55,329 bases of DNA from a virus (lineage: Duplodnaviria > Caudoviricetes), in the IMG/VR virus record IMGVR_UViG_3300029199_000006, positions 1 through 55,329 of that record; one strand, 5' to 3'. The translations under genes were made by a program, and so were the position numbers. Under the pieces are notes generated by a model. The model saw nothing but the letters and a program-made list of their open reading frames with translations. It was not told the DNA's origin and made no database searches. Positions 27,188 to 38,400 of this stretch are shown here, in pieces (positions within the stretch are counted from its first letter, which is position 1; each line of letters begins with the position of its first letter).

Positions 27188-27296
27188 CCATGTGCTGCCG
27201 GGGGTAAGGGGGATTTATGTTCGATACAGCTACGACGCGGAAAAGAAGGCGGCTATGCAGGCGTGGGAAAAAAGGTTGCGGGAGATTGTCGAGTAA
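27188..27296 (+). pseudogene. Tyrosine integrase, C-terminal remnant only
   Basis: (N)HVLPGVRGIYVRYSYDAEKKAAMQAWEKRLREIVE* matches the H...Y box II tail of P4-type integrases; no upstream frame. Confidence 0.8.
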
Positions 27297-27336
27297 AAAA
27301 AGCGGCCCCTGCCGCAAGGGGGGTGCGACAAGGGCC
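27296..27336 (-). terminator. Terminator at the end of the lysis operon
   Basis: GGCCCTTG...CAGGGGCC stem followed by a T run. Confidence 0.55.
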
Positions 27337-27359
27337 TGGCAACAGGTGGAGCGGACCTG

Positions 27360-27563
27360 CTACCGTAATGTTTCAAACTCTGTCTGACACTCTACGCAGC
27401 GGTGACAGGTCGGGACCGCCCGCCGTCGCGCTTCGGGTATCGGCTCGTCGCACTCGATACACACCGCTGTGCCCGTGCCGCTTCGCTGTTTTCGGCGCCA
27501 GTCGGCCAGGGCATCCGCGTGATAGTTGTCCGTCACTTCTCCCGCTCGATCCAGATCATCCAT
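27360..27563 (-). CDS. TraR/DksA C4-type zinc-finger protein
   Basis: MDDLDRA...CIECDEPIPEARRRAVP.C.RCVECQ. Confidence 0.9.
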   Translation of the reverse strand: MDDLDRAGEVTDNYHADALADWRRKQRSGTGTAVCIECDEPIPEARRRAVPTCHRCVECQTEFETLR

Positions 27564-27587
27564 TCCAAAAGCCTTCACGTCAACGGG

Positions 27588-27773
27588 TCACTGACAGTTT
27601 CGGACCCATGTTTCATTATGCACAATGATCTGCTCCAGCGTCTGCCGGGTTAATTGGTCCTCGGTCTGCATCCAGATCGGACGCACCCACGAACACCCGT
27701 TACCGGCTCCACTTGTCGCGCAACCGCTCAAGGTCAGCAGCAGGCAGGCCATAAGTATTGATTTCAACGTCAT
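27588..27773 (-). CDS. o-spanin (Rz1-like lipoprotein)
   Basis: Lipobox LLLTLSGC; overlaps the i-spanin 3' end. Confidence 0.8.
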   Translation of the reverse strand: MTLKSILMACLLLTLSGCATSGAGNGCSWVRPIWMQTEDQLTRQTLEQIIVHNETWVRNCQ

Positions 27774-27921
27774 CACGCACCTGCCTTGCTTTGTCGGCGC
27801 TCTCCGTTTGTTTCTGCAGCGCGGCGGCTTCGCCTTTGGCCCTGGATAGCCGGGCAATAACAACGACCAGGCCGGCCAGAGCCGCCAGGCCCCCGATACT
27901 GACCCCGAGAGCCCACCACAT
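27700..27921 (-). CDS. i-spanin (Rz-like)
   Basis: N-terminal TM segment plus short coiled coil ending LRDKWSR. Confidence 0.75.
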   Translation of the reverse strand: MWWALGVSIGGLAALAGLVVVIARLSRAKGEAAALQKQTESADKARQVRDDVEINTYGLPAADLERLRDKWSR

Positions 27922-28142
27922 CAGTCCTTGGCCTTCTTCTGCTCCCGCACCTTGGAGGTGATCGCCAGAACACCGGCCACCCCGGCCAGCAAAGACGAAC
28001 CGATTTCCACCAGGGCGCTTTGTTCTTCCGGCCCCAACTGATAGCCCAACAGGCCAAGGATGAACGATACCAGCGCCAGAACTGAGGCACCGACGCGGCC
28101 CCATACCAGGGACGCTTTGAATGAATCTGCTGTGTACGCCAT
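27921..28142 (-). CDS. Holin (2 TM)
   Basis: Two hydrophobic helices, basic tail, lysis-cassette position. Confidence 0.75.
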   Translation of the reverse strand: MAYTADSFKASLVWGRVGASVLALVSFILGLLGYQLGPEEQSALVEIGSSLLAGVAGVLAITSKVREQKKAKD

Positions 28143-28166
28143 GATTTACTCCTTTTTGGATGATGT

Positions 28167-29334
28167 TTGAACCTCCCCATGGATAAATCCAGGGGATTCC
28201 GGTTGTGAGTCATCAAGCGACTCTCCGTTCGAGGGTCGCTCCGACCCCAGCAATGAGGGTGTTGATCGCGGCATTTACGTCTCGATCATGGTGCGTTCCA
28301 CACGCTAAACACTCCCATTGCCTTACTGACAGCCCTGCTAGACCTTGTGGCCCGGATAGGCATCCACAACCCGAGCAGGTTCTGGTGGAATTACGACTGG
28401 CAACTTCGAGATACTGCCTACCGCCTGTACGGCACTTGTAGTCGAGCATTGCTCTAAGCTGTCCATGACTAGAACTAGCCACTGACTTGCCAAAACCCGC
28501 ACGGGATAATCCCCGCAGGTTGTCTTTACTAAAGACTATGACGGCGTTTTCTGATACCAGCCGTCTTGATAGTTTATGGTTCCGATCTTTGCGCTGATTC
28601 GCTATCCTCTCGTGTAGTCGAGCTACCTGCTGACGGTTAATTCCCCGCTGCGCCTGACCTAACCGCTGTAAGCTTTTCTGCAGTTCCCGCGGATGGTCTA
28701 TCTTTTCTCCACTGGAAAGGGTCAGCAGATGTTCATATCCAGGATCGATTCCGACCGCCGCATCTCCTGTTTGTGGAATAGCATTAGGCTCTGCATCAAT
28801 GAACAAGCAGAGATACCATCCCGAAGCCTTGCGCACGATCCGTCCACATTTTATCCGCCCTTCGGGCAACTCCTGCTTGTGATAACGGACGGATTTTAGT
28901 CCTGGGAGCTTAATTCTGAAATCCACAGGTCTTCTGATCGGATCAGGGAATGGGATACTGTTGAGCCTGTTTCGCATACCTTTTAACCTTGGCTTCCTGC
29001 GGACCTTCTTGAAACATTGCTTCCAAGACTGATGAGCGAGAGACAGCATACCTTGGATAGTATGGGATGGTATTTCCAAGGTTCCGCTAGTCCCGGCTAG
29101 TAGGTTCTGAAAGTCCTTCGGGGAGTAATACTGACCCCCCTGAGAATCCAATTCGATCTTCCGAATAGCCCAGTTCCAGATAGAAGTGAGCGTTGGCAAC
29201 CACCCCAGCAAGGAGGCTTCTTGCTTCTTCGTTAGTTTTAACTTGAGTTGTCGTTGAATCATGAATTCCTCCTTCCTGTCGGAATTGGTCGCTAGACCCC
29301 ATAGTTAAAACTAGGGGATTGCGCTCCTGTTTTG
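28167..29334 (-). mobile_element. IS200/IS605-family element, tnpB only
   Basis: Subterminal hairpins CCCCTAGTTTTAACTATGGGG and CCCCTGGATTTATCCATGGGG; right end TCAA; removal restores a 50-aa ORF (29466-29335 + 28166-28146). Confidence 0.9.
28213..29262 (-). CDS. tnpB: TnpB with atypical RuvC-II
   Basis: VGIDPG, CSGCG/CLACG zinc finger, HDRDVNAA; RuvC-II reads VIVFSKDNL. Confidence 0.92.
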   Translation of the reverse strand: MIQRQLKLKLTKKQEASLLGWLPTLTSIWNWAIRKIELDSQGGQYYSPKDFQNLLAGTSGTLEIPSHTIQGMLSLAHQSWKQCFKKVRRKPRLKGMRNRLNSIPFPDPIRRPVDFRIKLPGLKSVRYHKQELPEGRIKCGRIVRKASGWYLCLFIDAEPNAIPQTGDAAVGIDPGYEHLLTLSSGEKIDHPRELQKSLQRLGQAQRGINRQQVARLHERIANQRKDRNHKLSRRLVSENAVIVFSKDNLRGLSRAGFGKSVASSSHGQLRAMLDYKCRTGGRQYLEVASRNSTRTCSGCGCLSGPQGLAGLSVRQWECLACGTHHDRDVNAAINTLIAGVGATLERRVA

Positions 29335-29452
29335 TTCTGGGGGCAGACGGTCTGTCGGCCAGCCGGGGCAATCGGTCTTGACGCATAATCTCACGTTGCC
29401 GGCAGCCGGGCAGGTTTTGGTTGCGTTACGGCTGTTACCGCAGCGGCCCCAC

Positions 29453-30019
29453 TTATCGGGACTCATTGCGGCCCCACAGCAACAGCGCATCGGCAATCGC
29501 CAGCGCCATCCGGTTCTGGTTCCACTCATCAGACAGCCAGCGGGCGTCGTCCGCATTGCTGATAAAACCCATTTCCACCAGCACCGCAGGGCTTTTCGTA
29601 TTGCGAAGCACATAAAACGGGGCTTCCTTGTCAGGATCACCGTCGCTGTAATCAGCCCGGAACAACAGACAAGAGAACGACCGCCGCAGGGCCTGGAAAA
29701 TCTCTGTGGCCAAGGGGTCCGCTGCCGTCTCCCCCGGCGAGGTCCAGACTTCCACGCCACGGGCCGTGATATTGACTGCCGCGTTGCAATGCAGGGAAAT
29801 AAAACAGTCCGGGGCCAGTTGCCGCTCAAGAGCGCAACGTCCCGCCAGGGTCGGGTAAACATCCCCTACCCGTGTCGCAGAAACCGCCACCCCCATGGCC
29901 TGCAGGATGGCGAACAGTTTATTACTCACGGCCAGGGCTATGTCTGCCTCTCGCAATCCGTTGGCGGAAACCGCGCCGGGATCTTTCCCCCCATGTCCGG
30001 GGTCCAGCAAAACTTTCAT
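29453..30019 (-). CDS. Endolysin, N-acetylmuramoyl-L-alanine amidase (Amidase_3)
   Basis: LDPGHGGKDPGA, E, FISLHCNA, PAVLVEMGFISN. Confidence 0.95.
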   Translation of the reverse strand: MKVLLDPGHGGKDPGAVSANGLREADIALAVSNKLFAILQAMGVAVSATRVGDVYPTLAGRCALERQLAPDCFISLHCNAAVNITARGVEVWTSPGETAADPLATEIFQALRRSFSCLLFRADYSDGDPDKEAPFYVLRNTKSPAVLVEMGFISNADDARWLSDEWNQNRMALAIADALLLWGRNESR

Positions 30020-30031
30020 AGAAACCTCTCG

Positions 30032-30355
30032 CTATCGGTAAATCTTTGGGTATTCGTTGGGCTTTCGCTTGGTGTAGCCGTGGTTCTGTTCATGCTGAGC
30101 TTCCAGCCATGAGATTCGGCTTTCCGCGCCCCGCACCCACATGAACACCTCGTTGGCCGTGTCTTTCAGTGACTTCTTTAGGTCCTCAAGGGCTTCGGTC
30201 AATACCGATACCACCTGGCTTGTGGCCTTTTGTTCAGCCGCTTGCTTCGCACGGTACAGCCAGGACACCAAGCCCGCCATGGCGACAATCAAGGACACCA
30301 GCAGGCCGATCAACGCCCACGCAACCCCTGGGTTCTCTGCGATGAAGTTTTCCAT
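30032..30355 (-). CDS. Single-TM lysis-cassette protein (holin/antiholin-like)
   Basis: One TM segment plus coiled coil; first gene of the lysis cassette. Confidence 0.65.
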   Translation of the reverse strand: MENFIAENPGVAWALIGLLVSLIVAMAGLVSWLYRAKQAAEQKATSQVVSVLTEALEDLKKSLKDTANEVFMWVRGAESRISWLEAQHEQNHGYTKRKPNEYPKIYR

Positions 30356-30370
30356 GCGCCTCTCTTCAAA

Positions 30371-30413
30371 AACGAAAAAAGCCCGGCGCGAATCGTTAAG
30401 ATTCAGGCCGGGC
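30371..30413 (-). terminator. Intrinsic terminator in the lysis leader
   Basis: GCCCGGC...GCCGGGC followed by TTTTTTCGTTTTT. Confidence 0.7.
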
Positions 30414-30553
30414 CTCTGGCTCACCGCAAGGGGCCATTGGGTTCCGAAGGTTATTAGTTGCTGTTATCTTGGCACGTTATGCGCTGTAGATCAAGTCCTT
30501 TGATGGGCTTTTGACATCCTCCCCGGCCTGAAGGCCGGAGATTCCTACGACGC

Positions 30554-31774
30554 TCAGGCGCAGCTCAATGCCGCGCCTGAGCCGTTTCGGCGAGTTCCTG
30601 CTGCTGGCGGTATTGCTGCACCGCTCACTTCACAGGCGAACCGGGCGTGTCCCGCCCTTAGAACATTGATCGCGCCGACCAGATCGGCGTTTTCCTCGAA
30701 GCCGCACTCGACGCACGCAAACTGCGCCTGCGTCTTGCGGTTGTCCGCGCTGACGTGCCCGCAGCACGGGCACGTCTGGCTGGTGTAATGCGGTGGCACA
30801 GCAACGAGCCAACCGCCGTTCCACGCCAGCTTGTAATCAAGTTGGCGGCGAAACTCGAACCAGCCTTGGTCGAGGATGGATTTGTTCAGGCCGGATTTGG
30901 CCCGAACGTTTTTCCCAGGCGCTTCGGTTGTGCCTGCCGCCGACTTGGACATATTCCGAACCTGCAAGTCCTCGATACACACCATCGCGTGGTTTTGGCT
31001 GATCGCGGTCGAGGTCTTGTGCAGGTAGTCGCGGCGGGCATTGCCGATGCGGGAATGGATACGCTGGACTCGGGCCTTGGCCTTCTTCCAGTTGTTGCTG
31101 AACTTCACCTTGCGGCTCATCGCCTGCTGCGCCTTGCGCAAGGCAGACTCATGCCGCTTGAAGCTGTTGAGCGGCGCATAGACGGTGCCGTCCGAGAGCG
31201 TGGCGAAGCGGGTCACGCCCATGTCGATACCGACGGCATCGCCTTGCGGTACGGGTTGCTCGACCTCGCGTTCCGTCTGGATCGACACGAACCACTTGCC
31301 GCACGACTGGCTCACGGTGACGTTCTTCACCGCTCCGAGTACGTCCCGGCTGCGGCGATAACGCAGCCAGCCCAGCTTGGGCAGGAAGATTCGGCTGTTG
31401 GACTGGTCGAGCTTGATCTGCTTCGGGTCGGGGTAGCGGAAGCTGTCGCGCTGACCCTTCTTCTTGAAGCGCGGGAAGTCGGCCCGCTTGGCAAAGAAGT
31501 TGGCGTAGGCCCGCTCCAAATCCTTGAGCGTCTGTTGCAAGGGATGCGTTGGTGCATCCTTGAGCCACGGCGTTTCCGGGCCATTGCGCCACTCGGTGAG
31601 CAGCTTGCACAGTCCCGCATAACCAAGCTTCTTCTCGCCGCGCTCGTAGCGTTCCTTCTGCAACGCCAGCGCCTTGTTGAACACGAACCGGCACGATCCA
31701 GCGAAGCGGCGCATCTGCCGCTCCTGCTGGCCGTCTGGGCGTAGCTCAAACTTGAAGGCTTGAAGTCGTTGCAT
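30554..31774 (-). CDS. tnpB: TnpB RNA-guided nuclease
   Basis: VGIDMG, VCIEDL, YTSQTCPCCG, NADLVGA: intact D-E-D. Confidence 0.96.
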   Translation of the reverse strand: MQRLQAFKFELRPDGQQERQMRRFAGSCRFVFNKALALQKERYERGEKKLGYAGLCKLLTEWRNGPETPWLKDAPTHPLQQTLKDLERAYANFFAKRADFPRFKKKGQRDSFRYPDPKQIKLDQSNSRIFLPKLGWLRYRRSRDVLGAVKNVTVSQSCGKWFVSIQTEREVEQPVPQGDAVGIDMGVTRFATLSDGTVYAPLNSFKRHESALRKAQQAMSRKVKFSNNWKKAKARVQRIHSRIGNARRDYLHKTSTAISQNHAMVCIEDLQVRNMSKSAAGTTEAPGKNVRAKSGLNKSILDQGWFEFRRQLDYKLAWNGGWLVAVPPHYTSQTCPCCGHVSADNRKTQAQFACVECGFEENADLVGAINVLRAGHARFACEVSGAAIPPAAGTRRNGSGAALSCA

Positions 31775-31796
31775 GGATCAATGATACTCTTGGTCT

Positions 31797-32210
31797 ATGA
31801 GCGATGACAACGATATTCGACATGGACGGCACTGTGTTTTCAAGATGCACGTTCACTTGGTCTTTGTGGCGAAGTATCGCCGCGCAGTGTTTGATGGCGA
31901 CGCCATCGACCGCTTGCGCTTGATCTTCGCCAAGATCTGCGCCGACTTCGAGGCGCGGCTGATCGAGATGGACGGCGAGGACGATCATGTTCATCTGCTG
32001 GTCGAATACCCGCCGAAGGTGGCGGTGTCGAATCTCGTGAACAGCCTCAAGGGCGTGTCCAGCCGCTTGCTTCGGAAGGAGCGGCCCGACATTCAGAAAC
32101 GCTACTGGCGCGGCGTCCTGTGGTCGCCGTCATACTTTGCGTCGAGTTGCGGCGGCGCTCCAATCTCCATCGTGCGCCATTACATCGAACAACAGCAGAC
32201 GCCACACTGA
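31797..32210 (+). CDS. tnpA: IS200-type Y1 (HUH) transposase
   Basis: HLVFVAKYRR, DHVHLL, LWSPSYF, YIEQQ. Confidence 0.97.
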   Translation: MSDDNDIRHGRHCVFKMHVHLVFVAKYRRAVFDGDAIDRLRLIFAKICADFEARLIEMDGEDDHVHLLVEYPPKVAVSNLVNSLKGVSSRLLRKERPDIQKRYWRGVLWSPSYFASSCGGAPISIVRHYIEQQQTPH

Positions 32211-32404
32211 AGCACCAAGGACGGCTACGCCGTCCGCGCTATCCTTCCCCGCCCTGAACGGCGGGGCTTGTCGCGCACCTGGTCAGGATTTCAGGCACCA
32301 GGCCACAAGCCCCACCACGCCTACGACAGCGCACCACCCGCCCATCAGAACCAAACACCCTGTTGCCGTGCCTACTCCCAGGTGCATCCATATTTCACCT
32401 GCTT

Positions 32405-35400
32405 TCACAGCTTGATCCTTTCATATGCAAACTTGTAAATCTCTTTGCGCTGTAAACTCAACTGGTCCAGCCTCCGCCGCTTCTCTTCGGCACTCATGCG
32501 GGCGTCCATGTAGATCAACCGTTCTTGTTTGCGCAACAACGAAAGCCTGCTGTTTACCATATCGATGAATCGACGATAGCGCATCGGCGGGCTCATGGCC
32601 AATTTTCTGGCCTGCTGGTAATCCCCGAGCTGCTTATAATGGCTGATCGTCGCCGCCAACTCGTTCACTTCGCTGGCAAATTCATAATACCGGGTCGCGT
32701 ATTTGGTCCGGCCTATCTCACTCCGGACAAAGCGCCCCAGGCCGGGCAGGTCGTTAATGGTTTTGGCCGGGCGGGAAGGCGATTCGTTGCCCCACCGGTA
32801 AGCGGCATCGGCAACCCCCAAAAGGGTGGAGCCCAAAACCGCGAAGTGCCCCTGCACCATGTGCTCCATCTTGATGGGCGAAACGCCCAAAGTCCGGCCC
32901 ATGTCTTTTAAGATTTCCGGGGTCCACGGGTTTGCCCGTTCACCTGCAGGCAGCCGCTGCAATGACATGCCTTCCAAGGGCCTGCCGGTAAACGCACTCT
33001 TGTTGGCGTAGACCTCCAGAGACGGAGCGACGGCAGCCGGGGCGCCCACTGAAAACGTCTCAGTCAGGGTGTGGCGCAAGAACCGCAAGAAGAAATCATA
33101 TTCTTCATCCCCGGTCAATACTGCTGCGGCACTTTCGGCCAGGGTCGAAAACAGCGCCCCGACCTCAAAGGCTTTCGGGATGCGGAAATGTTGGTCCCCG
33201 ATCCAGAAATGATGGTACTGCCACTTCTCCCAATCTTCAAGGTCTTTATACCGATCATCGTCATGGTACAGGCTCCACAGCAGCAGAGAGGCCGCCGACA
33301 CCAGAGCCCCTTTAGCGAGAAACGCTTTCGGGTCGGCCTTAGCCCCACGGTACATCCGGTCCATGCCCTGAATACGAGCGTTCAAGAACGGTGTCACCAT
33401 CGACAACACCCGCACCGCATTGCTGGCGCCGGTACGGTAGAAGTCCAGCAGGTCCCGCGCTTCATAGGCCGCCTTGAGATTGCTTTCCCCCTTAACCTTG
33501 AGGTTGGTATAGAGTTGAACGCGGGCCGCCATTTCCGACGCATGGCCGGTGCGCTCCCAAAACTCCAGCATTTTGCGCGGGGTGTCCAACAGGGTGCCCT
33601 TGCTGCCCTTGCCTTCGCGCTTAACGATCTTGTTGATATGCCGGGCCATAGCTCGGGGGTCGCCAGAATCCACCCACCCTTGCCCAAACCCGCCACCGGA
33701 CGCCATCAGGGCGATATAGTCCGGAGACTCTTTCCAGACCTGAACCAAGCCCCTGCCGGTATCCACAAACGGTGCAAAGGACTTGGAAACAACCGCCGTG
33801 TGCAGGGTGTCGCGAAGCATGTTGGCGATTCGGAACGAGGGCGAAATGGTGGCCCCCACAGTCAGCCATCGTTTCGGCGCCCCGAGCATCTTCAGGACCA
33901 GCGAATTGAAAGACTTCGCGTTGGTTTCGGCCAGGGCCTCGAATAAAAGCTCGTCGCTTACCTTTAAGAATACCGCTTTGCCGTCCTCTTGAAAGCTGAT
34001 AACCGAGTTTTCTTTTCGTGCGCCGGGCGACTTAAAGAGTTCGTTGCCAGCCACCCTTTCAGCCAGCCCCATGTCAACCGCCACTTCGGCAGCCGTAGCG
34101 CGGGCCACGTTGCGCTGGCTCTCCTGGATCAGGTGCGACCAGTTGCGTAAAATGTTTTCAATCGGATCGCCGATCTTTTCCGTGCCGCCCTCAAGCCGTT
34201 TGATCTGCGCCGAAATGTGCTTTTTGCTTTTCTGTGGAGAACTGATAAATTCGTCCTGGCTCAGCGGGTCTTCCATGATGCGGTAGAAGGGCAGATAAAA
34301 ATCCCGCATCCAGGCGTCTACCTGTTGCTGAGAAACAAGCCCGGCCTCCATGGAAATGTCGATGATGTTTTGGTTGTAGGCCTGAAACTCCTTATTCAAC
34401 TGCTCAAAGGATTTCTCTTTTGCGGCCCTCTGCTCAGCGGTCAGCCCGGCAAACACAGAATCAAGGACCCCTTGCCGCTTCTCTGGAGTCAGCCAGTTCT
34501 CCCGGCCCTCTGCTTCCAGTTTCTCCGCTCGTTTAACAGCGATCCAGTAAAACAGGTTGCGCCCGTCAGCCCCGATCTTGTGCAGCCATGGAAGGAACCC
34601 TTGCCCCTTCTCTTTGACGGAAAGAACCCCTTGGTCCCATGACAGCCGCCCGTGCTGCAGAAACGTGGAAATCGTTGCATGGGCGTTTCCGAGCAAGCGG
34701 TGTTGCATGTAGGCGTCCTGCCCCAACTGCTCGATGGGGTGCATCCGGTCCACCAGTTTGGTCCGTGCCGCGCTGATCGACTCTTTGCGGTCAACCTCTT
34801 TGGCCTTCCGGAACACCCCTTTAAGGGCGCTGAGATAGGTGTGCTGCTCGGGTACGTCGAACACGTCCGAGATAGCCATGGCCACGGGTCTTGCTGGCGG
34901 TGCAACCTTCGGTGCTTGTGGTTTGGCTGCCGGTTTGGCTGCCGCTGGCTTTACTGCTGCCCTCGGCGCTTCTGCAGGACTTGCCGCAGGCTGCGGAGGT
35001 GGCTCCACGTCCACCTCACTTCTCAACTCCTGCACCTTGGCCAGCAGGGCGGTCTTTTCGGCGCTGTTTGGCATGGCGTCGGCCTTGGCTTGCAAGGCGG
35101 CGATTCGGGCCGGGGTGGTTTTGCGGGCGTAGGATGTAGGCTCATAGACTCCGGACCTGTCGAATGTTGCAAGATTGAGCGACTTAACGGCCTCTTTGCT
35201 TAGCCCAAGAGACTCCCGCTTCTCATAAGCAAGTGCGTCAAATTCTTCTCTCAGATCTTCAAAAGAGCGCAGTTTGCCTACCGGCCTAGCCGTTCCTACG
35301 TCAATGATTGGCTCGCCGTCAGTGCCATCAGCTATTTTCTCGCCAGTCACGAAATAGGCGTACTTCGCCGGGTACTCAGGCTTGTCAGCTACCGAAAGAC

Positions 35401-38400
35401 CGTATTCAGTCTCGCCGTTGGCGTGATTCATGGACCCGCGATGGGTGCCGTTTTTTAAATGGTTAAAATCCTCCTTCTGGTTGGTGGTGCGGACATAAAC
35501 ATTTTCATCCAGCGGCGACAAAAACCTCTGTACTGCGCGGGGCAGAATCCGGCTGTTCACCAAATCCGGGTCCTTGAGAAACACTTTGTCGGCGAACAAA
35601 ACCGCTTCCCCGTCGATGATCTGGATGTTGGCCGGGCCGTCATGTGGGGCAATTTTGACCGCTGCGCCGCCGAAGGAACCGCGCTTATTCTTTAATTCAT
35701 CCTTCCGCTGAAACGCCATCGCCTCGCCTCCGTGAACAAAGGTAACTTCTTCACCAGAAGTTATATACTTGTCCACGTTCGCAATCAAGTTCCGCAACTC
35801 GGCTTTCGACAATTCGAGATTCGAGAATACCGAACGCACCCACTCCCGCACCTTGGCGATTACGCTGTCGATAAACTTGTGCGCCTTGTTCTGCCGCACC
35901 ATATCGACCAGCACTTCCTCTGCGGCCATCAGGCGGCTTGCGTGGGTGTTCTCGATCTTGTGGGCCTTGAGATAGTCGGCCACGTCCTTATTGAACAGCA
36001 TGGCCGCCTGCGCCAGTACCGGCTTCTTGTTGCCGCCCAGGACGTGTTCTAAGCCAAGGTGCCGGGTTTCGTGGATCAGCGCCCGTTGTGCGTCTTCCAT
36101 GCTGGTCAGGTTATCCGCGACCAGATGGACGTTGCCCTTCCAGTATACCCCGTCAAAGGCTCCGTTCATCTGCTCGCGCTCGATGGCGGCTTGCAGGTCC
36201 TGGGGTAGTTGCGTTTCCGACTGGACCAGATTGACCTTGCCGAGTGCGCCGGGGAGTTTGGTCAGGCTGTCTTTCAGACCGGCAGAGAGGTCGGCAAGGG
36301 GAAGACCGGTGCCGGTGTTGCGGGAGAATCTGGTGTTTTTCCCGCCCTTGGCATACTCCGTCAAAACCTCGGCGGCCACAGATTCGGCCTTATTCGCGTT
36401 CTTGAAGAAAATATCCAGATTGTAATCGGCGCCCTGGATCTTTTGCACAATGCGCTTCACCGCATCGAAAGCGGCCCTAAATAACTCCGGGCTTTTCGCG
36501 TAGAGTTTCTGCCAAAAACTCTTGTCAGTGAGCTTGCCGCCGATAAACTCCGCTGCGTATTCCTCCATCAGTTCAGCGTCTGTTATCTCCACGCCATAAC
36601 TATCTTCGACAGCTTGCCGCATTGACTGGAAGTGCGGCTCGTTCACCGCCACGGCTTCAAGGAACTGCTCGTACAGGTCGGGGCGGTCCTCCTTTATGGC
36701 GTGAGTCAGTTCATGCCCGAACAGGGTCAGGTGCGGGACCGGCGTCGAGACGTTGACGAAAATTGTGCCGGGAAGTTTCGGGTCAAAAAAGCCCGGCAGG
36801 CCCGATAAATCTTCTCTCGTCGTCTGAAACACCACGATCTTTTTCTGAAAAACTCCCGCCAGTTTTCCAAGGTCGTCCAGGTCAGTTCGTTCCCATAGAT
36901 CGACACTTGCGGGTTCAACTTCTCTACCAGCCGCACGAGAAAGGGAGGCCGTGAGCTCTTCCACTCTTTTTTGGTCTGTAACAGGTGCAGATGTCTTGTC
37001 ATCGGCCATTCCTTTGCCTTCGGGGGAGAGATAGCCTGCCCCGCGATGCGGGAACAGGGCGGGCTTGCGGGAGAAGGCCGGAGCGTCTTTGTTGATAACA
37101 ACCAAACTTGTCGCCACCCCGGTCGGACGCTCGGCGCTCTTGAAAGATCCGTCAGGCAGTTCCTGCACCTCCCCACCAACGTCTTCAATCCACTGGCGGA
37201 ACTCTGTAGATTGCCGGTCGTTACGGAAGAACGGACCCCGGCTCATAATGGCGACCACTTTCCCGTCCTGTTTCAACAGATCGTAAGCATGGCGCACATG
37301 GGCCATATCCTGCCCGTTCTCAAAGGGCGGGTTCATCAAGATGCGGTCGTATTCCCCGGACTGCTCCAAGAAGTCCTGCCCCACAACGTCATAACCTTTT
37401 TGCTGCAACAGATCGGCCAAAGTGCTGTTGTATTCCACCACTTCCGGGGTGAAGCCTGCTTCGCGGATAGCGTCAGCAATATTCCCTTTGCCTGCGGACG
37501 GTTCCAACACCTTCAGGCCTTCTTGAAGGTCGGCCAACTCGATCATATCCTGCACGATATTCTTCGGTGTCGGGAAGAACCCCGGAATGGGTTTTAACGA
37601 AACTTCCCGCTCCAACTGCTTAATTCGGTCTGCTGCTGGCTTCTTGCCTCGATAGTTCAAGTATTCCCGCAGGGCCGCCCGCAAGGAGGGCAGATCAGTA
37701 ATGCCCATTTTCTGCCAGCGACCATAGGCTTGCAGTTGCTCTTTGATATTTTGAGCCGCGTAGGCGTCCAGCCCATTCGCCACCGCCTTGGATAAGGCGC
37801 GTTCTAACAAGGTAATATTCTCTGCCGTGGCAAAGGACACCACCGAGGTTCTTTCCTTATCGGTAGCCTGCCACAGTTTCCGCAATCTGGCGGCGTCCTG
37901 TTTACCCCCGGATTTCCGCTCCAAGAAGGTGAACAACTCCCGGACGTGGGACTCGTGAACGGAGGGATAAGGATATTTGGCGTTCTGGATATCTTCTAAG
38001 GAAACTTCCCGCTCTTGCGATTGGGCATAAGAGATATTATTGGCCCGCTCGTATTCCCGCTTGGCGGCTCGCAGTGCTTGGTCAAGGGCTTCAATGTGCG
38101 TCTTAGCCCGCACCCCGTCAAGGTGGGTGGCTTCTCCGCTTTCGATGGCCGCCGAAAGGTTCCTCATGGTCTGCGCCATCGCTACATCAGCGCGGGCTGC
38201 GGCTTCGGCAGAACCGGCCATTCGGGCCATGCGGTGCGTGTGGGTCTTGCGGTCCTGATTCAGTGAGGCGTTGGCTTTTTCTTCCAGCGCGGCGGCCATC
38301 TCAGCGAGGTTGGCAGCGGCGTTCTGTTTGACCGACTCCTGCCGGTCCTGTACCCTGTCGGCCTTTGAAACATCACCCTCTTTGAGAGCCATAAAACTTT

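Larger units (their letters stand above)
30511..32281 (-). mobile_element. IS605-group element with divergent tnpA and tnpB
   Basis: Hairpins CCCCGCCGTTCAGGGCGGGG and CTCCGGCCTTCAGGCCGGGG; right end TCAA; preceded by CTGAC; left boundary within a few bp. Confidence 0.9.
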
